The notes under the pieces: generated by a model
What the model saw: only the letters and a program-made list of their open reading frames with translations
Database searches by the model: none
What the model was told of the DNA's origin: nothing
Position numbers and translations under genes: made by a program
Shown: positions 26,782 through 37,009 of the stretch, one piece after another
How positions within the stretch are numbered: position 1 is the first letter of the stretch
Layout of the letters: every line of letters starts with the position of its first letter
Source: a bacterium
Lineage (GTDB): Bacteria; Hinthialibacterota; Hinthialibacteria; OLB16
Assembly (NCBI GenBank): GCA_022072055.1
Contig: JAJVIK010000008.1
Span: 141,980 to 205,979 of the forward strand
Length of the DNA: 64,000 nucleotides
Direction: 5' to 3'

Positions 26782-26837
26782 CTTTCGGACACGGGCTGTC
26801 CGAGGGTGAGAGGGTTCGACCCGTTGCAGGGGGTTTC

Positions 26838-27914
26838 TTGGGAATGGTGTTTGACTTTGTGAGGAGTGGCGCGCCGGGGGCCTTTCTGTGGTTCGCCGTG
26901 TGCGTGGCCGCGCTTCCCAGCCATGCCGACAAGTTCCACCTCGCCGGGGGCGGAACAGTCGAGGGGGTCCTGATTCGGGATGACACCGCCACTGTCTCCT
27001 TCGAGATGGAGGGCGCGGGGATCTGGACCCTTTCTCGCGAGACCCTGGTAAGCGTGGAGCGGGAAAGCGCCGGGGCTTACTGGTTGCGAGTCGGCGAGAA
27101 GCACGCCCGGGGCAACCGGATCGAGCGCGCCCGGAACGCCTTTCTAAAGGCCGCCGAGGAATCCGACGCCCGTGACCGCGCCCAAACCCGCCTCAAGGAC
27201 CTGGAACTGATCGAGAAGGAATCCGGCGCGGTCTTGGAGTACCCGATCACGGTGGTCCCACGGGCCAAGATGTCCATCGCCGCCACCCAGCCGAAGGAAG
27301 AGGCCGTGGAGGTGATCCCCGAGCGTTCCGAAGCCAAAACCGAATCCGCGCCGGTCGCCAAGACCCCGGAGGCGGCGGAACCCACGCCGGCTGTGGAGAA
27401 GAGCACGCCGGCGACGGTCGCCAAGGTTTCCCCGAGAGCCAAGCCCACCGCGCTCCAGCGTTCGGGGAATTATTCGGAGTTGATCCGGAAGTATTCCCGC
27501 CAGTATGGAGTGGACCCGCTCCTCGTGCGCGCGATCATCGCGGTGGAGAGCGAGGGGAATCCGAGGGCCACCTCTTCCAGCGGAGCCCAGGGACTCATGC
27601 AGCTCATGCCCGACACCGCCGCGCGCGTGGGTGTGCGGAATCCCTATGACGCCGAGCAGAACATCCGCGGCGGGATCAAATACCTGAGCATGATGTTCGA
27701 GGAGTTCGCCCACCTGGATTGGGAGGAGCGGGTGACTCAGGCGGTGGCCGCCTATCACGCCGGTCCGAATCGGATCAAGGAGGTCGGCGATTACCGCCGC
27801 ATCCCGGCCACGCTTCGGTACACCCAGAAAGTCGCCTCGGCGTATGAAAAACTGCGCCGTGACAAGACTCAGGAAGTCGCGCTTCTGAACAGTCTCCCAC
27901 CCGCGCTTGACTGA
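26838..27914 (+). CDS. lytic transglycosylase (SLT domain) with N-terminal signal/anchor and Ala/Pro/Glu-rich linker
   Basis: 358 aa. SLT catalytic motif IIAVESEGNPRATSSSGAQGLMQLMP plus downstream AYHAGPNR. N-terminal hydrophobic segment. Confidence 0.8.
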   Translation: MGMVFDFVRSGAPGAFLWFAVCVAALPSHADKFHLAGGGTVEGVLIRDDTATVSFEMEGAGIWTLSRETLVSVERESAGAYWLRVGEKHARGNRIERARNAFLKAAEESDARDRAQTRLKDLELIEKESGAVLEYPITVVPRAKMSIAATQPKEEAVEVIPERSEAKTESAPVAKTPEAAEPTPAVEKSTPATVAKVSPRAKPTALQRSGNYSELIRKYSRQYGVDPLLVRAIIAVESEGNPRATSSSGAQGLMQLMPDTAARVGVRNPYDAEQNIRGGIKYLSMMFEEFAHLDWEERVTQAVAAYHAGPNRIKEVGDYRRIPATLRYTQKVASAYEKLRRDKTQEVALLNSLPPALD

Positions 27915-27922
27915 ATCCTTCG

Positions 27923-28579
27923 ATGACATCCGATTCGCCCATTGACGGGAAGGAGTTACTGACCGCCGGGAGGGCGCTGTGCGCCTGTGTGCGCGAGCTC
28001 AACGCCCAGGGTTGGTGCCAGGGGACCGGCGGCAATTTCAGCGTGGTGCTGCGGCGGGAGCCGCTGCGCCTGCTCATCACCCAGTCCGGGAAGAACAAAC
28101 GTCACCTCGATCTTCCCGACCTGATGATGGTCGGTCCCGGCGGCAAGCCGGTGGAGGGACAGACCGGCAAGCCTTCCGCCGAGGCGCTGCTTCATTACGC
28201 CATTGTCCGTCTCACCGGTGCCGGTTCGGTGCTTCACACCCACTCGGTTTGGAACACCCTGCTCGGAGAGCGCTTCGAGGAGCGCGGCGGGTTCACCATC
28301 AGCGGGTACGAGATGCTCAAGGGGTTGGAGGGGGTTTCCACCCACGAGGCCAAGGTTTTTGTGCCGATTCTGCCCAATTCGCAGGACATGAACTATCTCT
28401 CGATCAAGCTCGAGGACCTGCTCACCGCGCAACCGGGGCTGCATGGAGTCCTCATCGCGGGGCATGGTCTCTACACCTGGGGCGATTCGGTGGCCCAAGC
28501 GCAGAGGCATGTGGAAATCCTCGAGTTCCTGTTCGAGCTGGTGGGGAGAAGGACTGAGTTCAAGCCGTTTACCCCGTAG
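27923..28579 (+). CDS. mtnB: class II aldolase/adducin family protein, probable methylthioribulose-1-phosphate dehydratase
   Basis: 218 aa. GTGGNFSV...ITQSGKNK...SVLHTHSVWNT...LIAGHGLYTWGDS, typical of MtnB/L-fuculose-phosphate aldolase-like zinc enzymes. Confidence 0.72.
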   Translation: MTSDSPIDGKELLTAGRALCACVRELNAQGWCQGTGGNFSVVLRREPLRLLITQSGKNKRHLDLPDLMMVGPGGKPVEGQTGKPSAEALLHYAIVRLTGAGSVLHTHSVWNTLLGERFEERGGFTISGYEMLKGLEGVSTHEAKVFVPILPNSQDMNYLSIKLEDLLTAQPGLHGVLIAGHGLYTWGDSVAQAQRHVEILEFLFELVGRRTEFKPFTP

Positions 28580-28766
28580 GACAGGCGCCCCAACATCTCC
28601 GGTCTGCTCGTGTTGAACCTCGGAAGGATCGGAAGAATACGGAATGACACGGACGGGCCTCTCGTTGGACCGTTCGGTACTCCGCGTGTTTCCGTGAAAT
28701 TCCAAGGCTTCCGTGGTTCAACAAGAACAAGAAACGAGGCCTTCACGACAAGAGGCAAGAAAAGAA

Positions 28767-28796
28767 CCCCCTCCGGGAGGCCATTCCCGGAGGGGG
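28767..28796 (-). terminator. rho-independent terminator downstream of groEL (bidirectional hairpin between converging mtnB and groEL)
   Basis: Perfect 12-bp stem CCCCCTCCGGGA / TCCCGGAGGGGG with a 6-nt loop. On the minus strand it is followed by UUCUUUUCUUGCC. It lies 38 bp after the groEL stop. Confidence 0.75.
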
Positions 28797-28833
28797 TTGT
28801 CGTTCTGACTATCGGAACCGCGGTGGCGGGCGA

Positions 28834-30492
<1,659 letters not shown>

Positions 30493-30526
30493 TTAAGGCG
30501 TGAATTCCCGAGGCTCCAACCCGGGA

Positions 30527-30823
30527 TTACTTGAGGATCGCGAGAACATCATCCTCGCGCAGGATGAGGTGCTCGACGCCGTCGAGTTTCACCTCGGTCC
30601 CGGCATATTTGCCGATCAGCACTTTGTTTCCGACGGAGACCTCCATCGGGATTCGGGTGCCGTCGTCTTTCACCCGACCGGGTCCAACGGCGACCACTTC
30701 AGCCTGCTGGGGCTTTTCCTTGGCGGTGTCGGGGATATAGAGGCTACCGACTTTGGCCTCGTCCTCCTCGATGCGCCGGACCAGGATACGGTCGGCCAAT
30801 GGTGTTACCTTCACCTTCGCCAT
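30527..30823 (-). CDS. groS: co-chaperonin GroES (10 kDa)
   Basis: [49 protein letters not shown]...; 52 bp upstream of groEL. AAGGAG RBS. An alternative GTG start at 30835 is less likely. Confidence 0.95.
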   Translation of the reverse strand: MAKVKVTPLADRILVRRIEEDEAKVGSLYIPDTAKEKPQQAEVVAVGPGRVKDDGTRIPMEVSVGNKVLIGKYAGTEVKLDGVEHLILREDDVLAILK

Positions 30824-31157
30824 CGCGCTTTGCACTCCTTTCTTCCATCTGTCAGGACAGGTTCATGGCAGTACCCATTTGAACGGGTCCGGAGAGGGAA
30901 GAGCATTTCCGGTGCCACGGGGTCCGCATGGCGTCGGTCAATGAGATAACCCAAGTGAAGTCAGCCGGTTAAGTCCGAGACGCGAGGATTGGAACGGGTG
31001 AAAACGCAGGGGAATAGGGGAATCCGAGGGGGCCTTCGGCCCCCGACCGCGCCGTTTTGGCGCAGAGGGGGTGTGTCAGCTGGGGGGAACCTGAGTTCCC
31101 CCCTAACCCCTCCCACCAGGGGAGGGGGATTTGTTGCAGGCGTATCGCTACAAGGCC

Positions 31158-32843
31158 CTAAATCCCCCCGCCCTCTGCCGGTGGGTTCGCCGGGGGCGCG
31201 CCACCCGAGGCCGCGTGCGGCGAGGAGGCATCCGTCCCGCGCACACGGATCAGCGATTCCGGTATCTCCACGCCGCCGATTTCCTTGAGCACCTGGAGCA
31301 TCGGAGGGAGGGTCCCGGCCAGGTTGCTTAAGAACTTCGAGGTGCTGCCGGCGCCATCCGCGCCGCCGTTCTCCCACACAATCACCTTGTCGAACTTGAT
31401 GTTCGAGATCGCCTGGGCCGAGGTCTTCGCCAAGGTGTCGAGTTGCTCCAGCAAGAGCAGTTGGAAGGCCGACTGCGGGTCGCCCACCGCCTGGACAATC
31501 TCGCCCAGGCCCTGCCCCTTCTTGGCGAGGATCTCATACTGCCCGCGCGCCTCGGCGGCGAGCTTGGCGAAGATCGCGGAAGCCTCGCCCTCGGCCTCGA
31601 TGCGCATCTTCTCGGCGGCGGCTTCGGCCTCGACTATGGTCTGGGCCTTCTCGGCCTTGGCGGGGGCCTCCAGCTCGGCGCGGCGCTCGGCCTCGATCCG
31701 CTCCGCCTCGGCCAGAGCGGCCTTGGCCAACGCCTTGGCTTTGGCCTCAATCACCGCCGCCTTGGCCTCCTCCATGCGCGACTCGCCCAGCTGCAGCGCC
31801 TCCGCCTCCTTGAAGCGCAGGGTGGCGTTGGCGTTCGCAATCGCCGCCTTGGACTGATTCTCGCCCTCGATGGCGCGGGCGTTGGCCTCGGCCACCGACA
31901 CGCGCATGTCGCGCTCGGCGGCTTTCACCTGAACATCCCGCTCGAAGGCAGCCTGCTGTTCGCCGACCGCCTGCTCCTTGGAGGCGTTGGCCACCGCGAT
32001 GCGCATGTCCCTTTCCGAGAGACGCACTTGGGTGTCGCGCTCAAATCCCGCGCGCTGTTCGCCGACCGCCTGCTCCTTCTGCATCTCGGCGACTCGAACC
32101 GCCTGCTCGCGCTGCGCATCGCGGACCCCGATCTCCCGATCCTTCCCGGCCAGCGCCACCGAAACCATCTTGTCGCGCTCGGCCTCGGCGACCCGAATCT
32201 CGCCCTTCTTCTGCTCCTCGGCGACATCGCCGCGAGCGCGCTGGATCGCCTCCGAGGCGGCCTTCTTGCCGATGGCCTCGATGTATCCGGACTCGTCGGT
32301 GATGTCCTTGATGTTCACGTTGATCAGCACCAGGCCGATCTTGCGCAGCTCCGGCTCCAGCGAATGCTGGATGCTGGCCAGGAATTTTTCCCGGTCGCGG
32401 TTGATGTCGTCGATCTTCATCGAGGCGATCACCTGACGGAGTTGCCCGAAGATGATGTCCTCGGCCTGCTTCTTGATGGCCACCGTGTCGAGTCCGAGCA
32501 GACGGATCGCGGCGTTCTGCATGATCTGCGGCTCGGTTCCGATGGCCACGGTAAACACGCTGGGCACGCTGATCCGAATGTTCTCCATCGAGAGGGCGTC
32601 CTTGAGCGGGATCTCGATCTGGATCGGCTCAAGGTGGAGATAGGCGTAATCCTGGAGCAACGGCAGGACAAAGGCTGCGCCGCCGTGGATGCACTTGGCG
32701 CTGTCCCCTTTGCGGATCTTGCCGTAGATGACCAGGATCGCGTTGCTGGGGCAGCGCTTGTAGCGCTTGCCGAGCATCACCAGGAACATGAAGACGACCA
32801 GGGCCGCCAGCGCGACCCCCATCACCAAGTAAGGATTACCCAT
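31158..32843 (-). CDS. flotillin family protein (SPFH/Band-7 domain; FloT/YqiK-like) with long Glu/Ala-rich repeat region
   Basis: 561 aa. N-terminal TM, SPFH domain, then repeated RDMRIAVANASKEQAVGEQ-type flotillin EA repeats. Immediately downstream of an nfeD gene. Confidence 0.88.
   Translation of the reverse strand: MGNPYLVMGVALAALVVFMFLVMLGKRYKRCPSNAILVIYGKIRKGDSAKCIHGGAAFVLPLLQDYAYLHLEPIQIEIPLKDALSMENIRISVPSVFTVAIGTEPQIMQNAAIRLLGLDTVAIKKQAEDIIFGQLRQVIASMKIDDINRDREKFLASIQHSLEPELRKIGLVLINVNIKDITDESGYIEAIGKKAASEAIQRARGDVAEEQKKGEIRVAEAERDKMVSVALAGKDREIGVRDAQREQAVRVAEMQKEQAVGEQRAGFERDTQVRLSERDMRIAVANASKEQAVGEQQAAFERDVQVKAAERDMRVSVAEANARAIEGENQSKAAIANANATLRFKEAEALQLGESRMEEAKAAVIEAKAKALAKAALAEAERIEAERRAELEAPAKAEKAQTIVEAEAAAEKMRIEAEGEASAIFAKLAAEARGQYEILAKKGQGLGEIVQAVGDPQSAFQLLLLEQLDTLAKTSAQAISNIKFDKVIVWENGGADGAGSTSKFLSNLAGTLPPMLQVLKEIGGVEIPESLIRVRGTDASSPHAASGGAPPANPPAEGGGI
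31895..32085. repeat. ~100-bp imperfect tandem duplication inside the flotillin gene (encodes the EA-repeat region)
   Basis: CTGTTCGCCGACCGCCTGCTCCTT occurs at 31955-31978 and 32056-32079. The flanking sequence GCGCATGTC..CGCTC.. is similar in both copies. Confidence 0.4.
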
Positions 32844-32943
32844 GACTCATGCCCTCCACCCCAGCGTCATCCCCGCCAAATCGGGGATTCACGTCCGCCG
32901 GCTACGTCATCCATTGGATTCCCGCTTTCGCGGGACTGACGAA

Positions 32944-33561
32944 CTAAACCACCCGCTCCACCTCGACCGTGTTCGGACCGACGATGTCCACCACCTCGAT
33001 TTGGGTCCCGGTGGGGAGCGGGTCGCCGCCGGTCACCGCCTCGTACTCCATGGTTCGGTTTTGCACGGTGACAGTCACCTTGCCGGGACCTTGCTTCTCG
33101 CCGGGGATGGTGAGGTAAACCACCCCCTGCGCGCCAAGCGCGGAGCCCATGCTGACAGTTCCCTCGGAACGGAGGTTGAGCAGCAGACGCATCAGCCAGG
33201 CCACAAGGACCATGGCGAGCACCCCCGCGAGAGCCGCGACCAGGAAGGTGGGGTAGGGACCGGAACCGGCCTCGCGCGCGGCCAGACCGCCGAGCCCGAA
33301 GAAGGCGAACAGCGCGGCCAGCGCGCGGAAGGAGAGCATCTCGAAGGCCCAGAAGGATTCCGAGGAGGCTTCGAGGTAATCCTCGCCGGTCTCGGTGTCG
33401 TCCGGCATCCCCGAGGACACATCCATGTGCCCCGAGTCGAAATCGATATGCCCGGCGCCGTCATGATCCCCGAACCCATCCCCACCGAAGAGGGTGAGGG
33501 CGAGCTGAGTGAGCAGCACCACGGAGCCCGCGACCGCGCAAATGGTATAGGCGAGGTCCAT
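32944..33561 (-). CDS. NfeD family membrane protein (flotillin-associated, YuaF/YqiJ-like)
   Basis: 205 aa. N-terminal TM helices and a C-terminal OB-fold-like beta domain (GTVSMGSALGAQGVVYLTIPGEKQGPGKVTVTVQNRTMEYEAV). Sits directly upstream of the flotillin gene in an nfeD-floT arrangement. Confidence 0.72.
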   Translation of the reverse strand: MDLAYTICAVAGSVVLLTQLALTLFGGDGFGDHDGAGHIDFDSGHMDVSSGMPDDTETGEDYLEASSESFWAFEMLSFRALAALFAFFGLGGLAAREAGSGPYPTFLVAALAGVLAMVLVAWLMRLLLNLRSEGTVSMGSALGAQGVVYLTIPGEKQGPGKVTVTVQNRTMEYEAVTGGDPLPTGTQIEVVDIVGPNTVEVERVV

Positions 33562-33798
33562 GTCGGATACCCCCTCGTGCGAGACTTGCCTATTCCCAAA
33601 ACCTCCAAGGAAGGAGGCTCGATAAGGGTAGAACTACGGGACTGGGCTGTCAATCTTCCGAAAGGGCTTTGTTCCGGGGGCAAGGGAAGGTCACAAGCCG
33701 GTCCTGGTGTGGTAGGGTATATGGGTGTTTGGGGCTACGGTGGCCGCTCGGACCGCCCACAACCATCCTTCATTTCGCCGGCAGGGAGGAGCCATCCC

Positions 33799-35172
33799 AT
33801 GAAGAAGACCCTCTTGGTTCTGATTGTCCTGATCGTGATCGTGGCGCTCGCCTTTCCGATCTCCAACCTCCTCTTCAAACCCGCCCCAATGACCAAACTA
33901 TCCCAGCGCAACGATCCGAGCGCGCTGTATGAAAAGGCCGCCGGAGTCCTCGAATCGAAGTGTGCGCTGTGTCACGCCGAAGGCGAGCAGCTCCCGTTTT
34001 ACGCCAATTTCCCCATCGCCAAGGGGTTGATTGAGGCGGATATCCGGAAGGGGCTGGCATGGTTCGATCTCCAGGAGATCGCCTCCGCCCCGGAGGGCGC
34101 GCCGGTTCCGGAGCCGCTGCTGGCGAAGCTGGAGTACGCCCTCGATCACAACACCATGCCGCCCGGACGGTTCGCGGCGCTGCATTGGGACGCCAAGCTC
34201 TCGGGCGCGGAGAAAGAAGATCTCCTGGCTTGGGTTCGGGATGTCCGCAAGAGCCACTACACTACCCCGGGAGTGGCCGGCGAGTTTGAGCAGGAGCCGG
34301 TGCAGCCGCTTCCGTTGGAGCATGGGCAGAACCCGGAAATTGTGGCCCTCGGCGACAAGATGTTCCACGATGTCCGTTTGTCGCATGACAACAGTCTTTC
34401 CTGCGCCAGTTGTCACGGTCTCGATAAGGGCGGCACCGACCAGAAGCAGTTTTCCACCGGGATCAACGGTCAGGTCGGCGACATCAACTCCCCCACCGTG
34501 TTCAACTCGGCCTTCCAGTTCATCCTCTTTTGGGATGGCCGGGCGCCGACTCTGGAGGCCCAGGCCGATGGTCCGGTGAACAACGCGATTGAAATGGGTT
34601 CCAACTGGAACGAAGCGATCCCCAAGCTCCAGGCCGCCACGGATGTGGTCGAGGCCTTCAAAAAGTCGTTCCCGGATGGACTCACCTCCGAGAATGTAAT
34701 GAAGGCCATCGCCACCTTCGAGCGCTCGCTGAACACCCCCTCACGGTTCGACAAATACTTGAGCGGGGACAAGAGCGCCCTCACTGAGGAAGAGCAGCGG
34801 GGGTATCAGCTCTTCAAGGAGCATGCCTGCGCCACCTGCCACTCCGGAAAGATCCTCGGGGGACAGTCGTTTGAGCGGATGGGGATCAACGCCGACTACT
34901 TTGTGGATCGCGGGGATGTGATCAAGCGTGACTACGGTCGTTTCAACCACACAAGCAACGAGAAAGACCGCTTCAAGTTCAAGGTCCCGACCCTGCGGAA
35001 CATCGAAAAGACCGGGCCGTATTTCCACGACGGGACAGTCACCGACCTCTTGGAAGCGGTCAAGACCATGGGCAAGTACCAGTCGCCGACCCCGCTCACA
35101 GATTCCGAGGCGGAGCTGATTGTCAAGTTCCTCCTTTCCCTGACCGGGGAATATGCTGGAAAGTCAATTTGA
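33799..35172 (+). CDS. cytochrome c peroxidase (CCP/MauG family), tri-haem form with an extra N-terminal haem-binding segment (YhjA-like)
   Basis: GGGAGGA RBS about 7 nt before ATG at 33799. The six-frame ORF from 32842 is an antisense extension. Signal peptide MKKTLLVLIVLIVIVALA. Three CxxCH motifs (CALCHAE, CASCHGL, CATCHSG). CCP family regions FSTGINGQVG..NSPTVFNSAF, GPYFHDGTV. Confidence 0.85.
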   Translation: MKKTLLVLIVLIVIVALAFPISNLLFKPAPMTKLSQRNDPSALYEKAAGVLESKCALCHAEGEQLPFYANFPIAKGLIEADIRKGLAWFDLQEIASAPEGAPVPEPLLAKLEYALDHNTMPPGRFAALHWDAKLSGAEKEDLLAWVRDVRKSHYTTPGVAGEFEQEPVQPLPLEHGQNPEIVALGDKMFHDVRLSHDNSLSCASCHGLDKGGTDQKQFSTGINGQVGDINSPTVFNSAFQFILFWDGRAPTLEAQADGPVNNAIEMGSNWNEAIPKLQAATDVVEAFKKSFPDGLTSENVMKAIATFERSLNTPSRFDKYLSGDKSALTEEEQRGYQLFKEHACATCHSGKILGGQSFERMGINADYFVDRGDVIKRDYGRFNHTSNEKDRFKFKVPTLRNIEKTGPYFHDGTVTDLLEAVKTMGKYQSPTPLTDSEAELIVKFLLSLTGEYAGKSI

Positions 35173-35214
35173 GTGCTTGTCGCTCCGGGAAATATATGCT
35201 ATGATTTTCCATAA

Positions 35215-35796
35215 TTGAAAAAGGGCGAGAATGAGGCCATGAAACGCGGCAAGTGGTGGGTCCCAGCGAGACCGGCGGGCCGCCCCAAGGGGGCGTGGCA
35301 GTGTGCCGTGCGTCTTTTCTGGGCCGTGATGCTCGTCGGTCATGCCCCGGCCTTTGTCTCCGCCTTGGCTCGTTTGGCTGAGACCGGCCCCACCGGGGCG
35401 AGCCTCTTCAAGGTCCTCTTCCTGGGCGGGTCCTCGCTCTACTTCCTCTTCAAACTGGCCGGTTTTGCTTATATCCAGGTGCATCCCTCCTGGAGCCGGA
35501 TCGTGGTCTATTCGCTCATTGTCGGCCTTCTCCACACTGCAGTGGTGGTGGAGAAGGTGGGCGGGGCGGGTCCCCTGTTGAATCACTGGGTGGTTCCGAT
35601 TGTGCTTGCGACAGCCGGGATTTCCTTGATCCCGGTTGCGAGGAATTTGATCCCCGGCGAGGCCCATTTCAGCGCGAGCGTGGTTCCCGCGCGTACGCCT
35701 AGCCATCCTGCTTTTGCCGCGATTCCCTCCCTTTCAGCCCGCGAAGCGCTCGTTCCCAAGCGCTTCCGGCGCGGCCCTCCCGCTCCGCTTCCATAG
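35215..35796 (+). CDS. hypothetical integral membrane protein
   Basis: 193 aa with about 4 predicted TM helices. No recognisable domain. The overlapping minus-strand ORF 35164..35706 has non-protein-like composition. Weak call. Confidence 0.35.
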   Translation: MKKGENEAMKRGKWWVPARPAGRPKGAWQCAVRLFWAVMLVGHAPAFVSALARLAETGPTGASLFKVLFLGGSSLYFLFKLAGFAYIQVHPSWSRIVVYSLIVGLLHTAVVVEKVGGAGPLLNHWVVPIVLATAGISLIPVARNLIPGEAHFSASVVPARTPSHPAFAAIPSLSAREALVPKRFRRGPPAPLP

Positions 35797-35843
35797 GGAA
35801 ACGGAAGCAGGTTCCCCGTTTGCACCGCCCGTTGCCGACCCAC

Positions 35844-35871
35844 GAATGATCGCAATCATGCACGATCATTC
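35844..35871. promoter_or_regulatory. Fur-box-like palindromic operator candidate upstream of the haem biosynthesis cluster
   Basis: GAATGATCG-N10-CGATCATTC perfect 9-bp inverted repeat containing three (A/G)ATGAT / ATCAT(T) hexamers. About 90-115 bp upstream of the hemH start at 35960. Confidence 0.3.
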
Positions 35872-35959
35872 CTGATTCGTTTCCGGCGCGGGTTCCGACC
35901 TCCGTTTCCCCCGACAAGCCACGCCTGCACAAGGGCCAAGGACACGAAACGAGAGGAAC

Positions 35960-37009
35960 ATGCAGACTGAAGGAAGGACGCAATTCCGAACTGGACTACC
36001 GGATCTCAATCCCGCCGGCGCGCGGGGGGGAATCGCGGTGGTGCTGATGAATCTGGGAACTCCGGATCGCCCCGATCCGGAGGCGGTGCGTCCCTATCTG
36101 GTTGAGTTTTTGAGCGACCCGGAGGTAATCAGTCTGCCGCGCGGTTGGCGCTGGGCCACCCCTCTGCTCGCGCGTTTGATTGCCTTCTTCCGGGCCAAGG
36201 GGTCGGCGGCCAATTACGCCATGATCTGGACCGACCGAGGCTCCCCGCTCCTCTCGATTTCCAATGACCAAGCCTTCGCTCTTGAACGCGAATTGGGCGA
36301 GAGCGCGCGCGTGTTCGTGGCCATGCGCTACGGGAGGCCGAGTCTGGGTTCCGTGTTCGAGGAGATCGCCTCGGAGGGAATTCACGATGTGGTCCTTCTG
36401 CCGATGTATCCGCACTACGCCGGGCCGACCATCGGCACCGCCCTCCAGGCAGCCTACGCCTTGCTGGGCCAAACGGGCCTGCGCTGGAATGTTCATGTGC
36501 TTTCGTCGTGGCATCTCTTCGAGCCGTACCTCGAGGCCCAAGCCGCGGTCATCACCCGGCACCTGGCCGAAAACCATCTTTCCCCCGAGAAGAGCGTGCT
36601 GCTGTTCTCGGCTCATAGCATGCCGGTGTCGTATATCCGCGCCGGGGACCCCTACCAGATGGAGGTCGAGGCTTCGATCCGCGCGATCAGTGGGCGCCTC
36701 GAATGGCCCTCGGACCGGATCCGAATCTCCTATCAAAGCCGCCTTGGCCCGGTGGAGTGGCTCGGTCCCTCGACCGAGCATGTTCTCAAGGAACTCGCGG
36801 CCAAGGGCGACAGACAGGTGGCGGTTGTTCCGATCAGCTTCACCGCCGATTGCGTGGAGACCCTCCATGAGATCGGCATCGAGTATCGCAAACTTTTCGA
36901 GCACGAACTCGGTGGAAAGCTCCACTTGGTTCCGGCTCTCAACGACGACCCTGGGTTCATCGCCGCGCTGCGCGCGCTGGTCGAAAGAACCATTGGAGGC
37001 ATGAACTGA
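35960..37009 (+). CDS. hemH: ferrochelatase
   Basis: 349 aa. Ferrochelatase signatures (VVLMNLGTPD, LLPMYPHY, LLFSAHSMP, conserved H/E at the active site). Confidence 0.9.
   Translation: MQTEGRTQFRTGLPDLNPAGARGGIAVVLMNLGTPDRPDPEAVRPYLVEFLSDPEVISLPRGWRWATPLLARLIAFFRAKGSAANYAMIWTDRGSPLLSISNDQAFALERELGESARVFVAMRYGRPSLGSVFEEIASEGIHDVVLLPMYPHYAGPTIGTALQAAYALLGQTGLRWNVHVLSSWHLFEPYLEAQAAVITRHLAENHLSPEKSVLLFSAHSMPVSYIRAGDPYQMEVEASIRAISGRLEWPSDRIRISYQSRLGPVEWLGPSTEHVLKELAAKGDRQVAVVPISFTADCVETLHEIGIEYRKLFEHELGGKLHLVPALNDDPGFIAALRALVERTIGGMN

Noticed and set aside
30836-30960. CIRCE/HrcA operator upstream of groES
   Set aside because: No match to TTAGCACTC-N9-GAGTGCTAA. Only a weak TTGCACTC half-site at the RBS.
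31443-32939. 498-aa plus-strand ORF antisense to flotillin
   Set aside because: Leu/Gly/Arg-rich artefact of the EA-repeat region.
32842-33798. 5' part of the 776-aa plus-strand ORF upstream of the cytochrome c peroxidase start
   Set aside because: Antisense to nfeD, His/Gly/Arg-rich. The peroxidase has its own RBS and signal peptide at 33799.
35164-35706. 180-aa minus-strand ORF overlapping the plus-strand hypothetical membrane protein
   Set aside because: Composition (His/Arg/Gly-rich, no hydrophobic core) is less protein-like than the plus-strand multi-TM frame. Neither is strongly supported.
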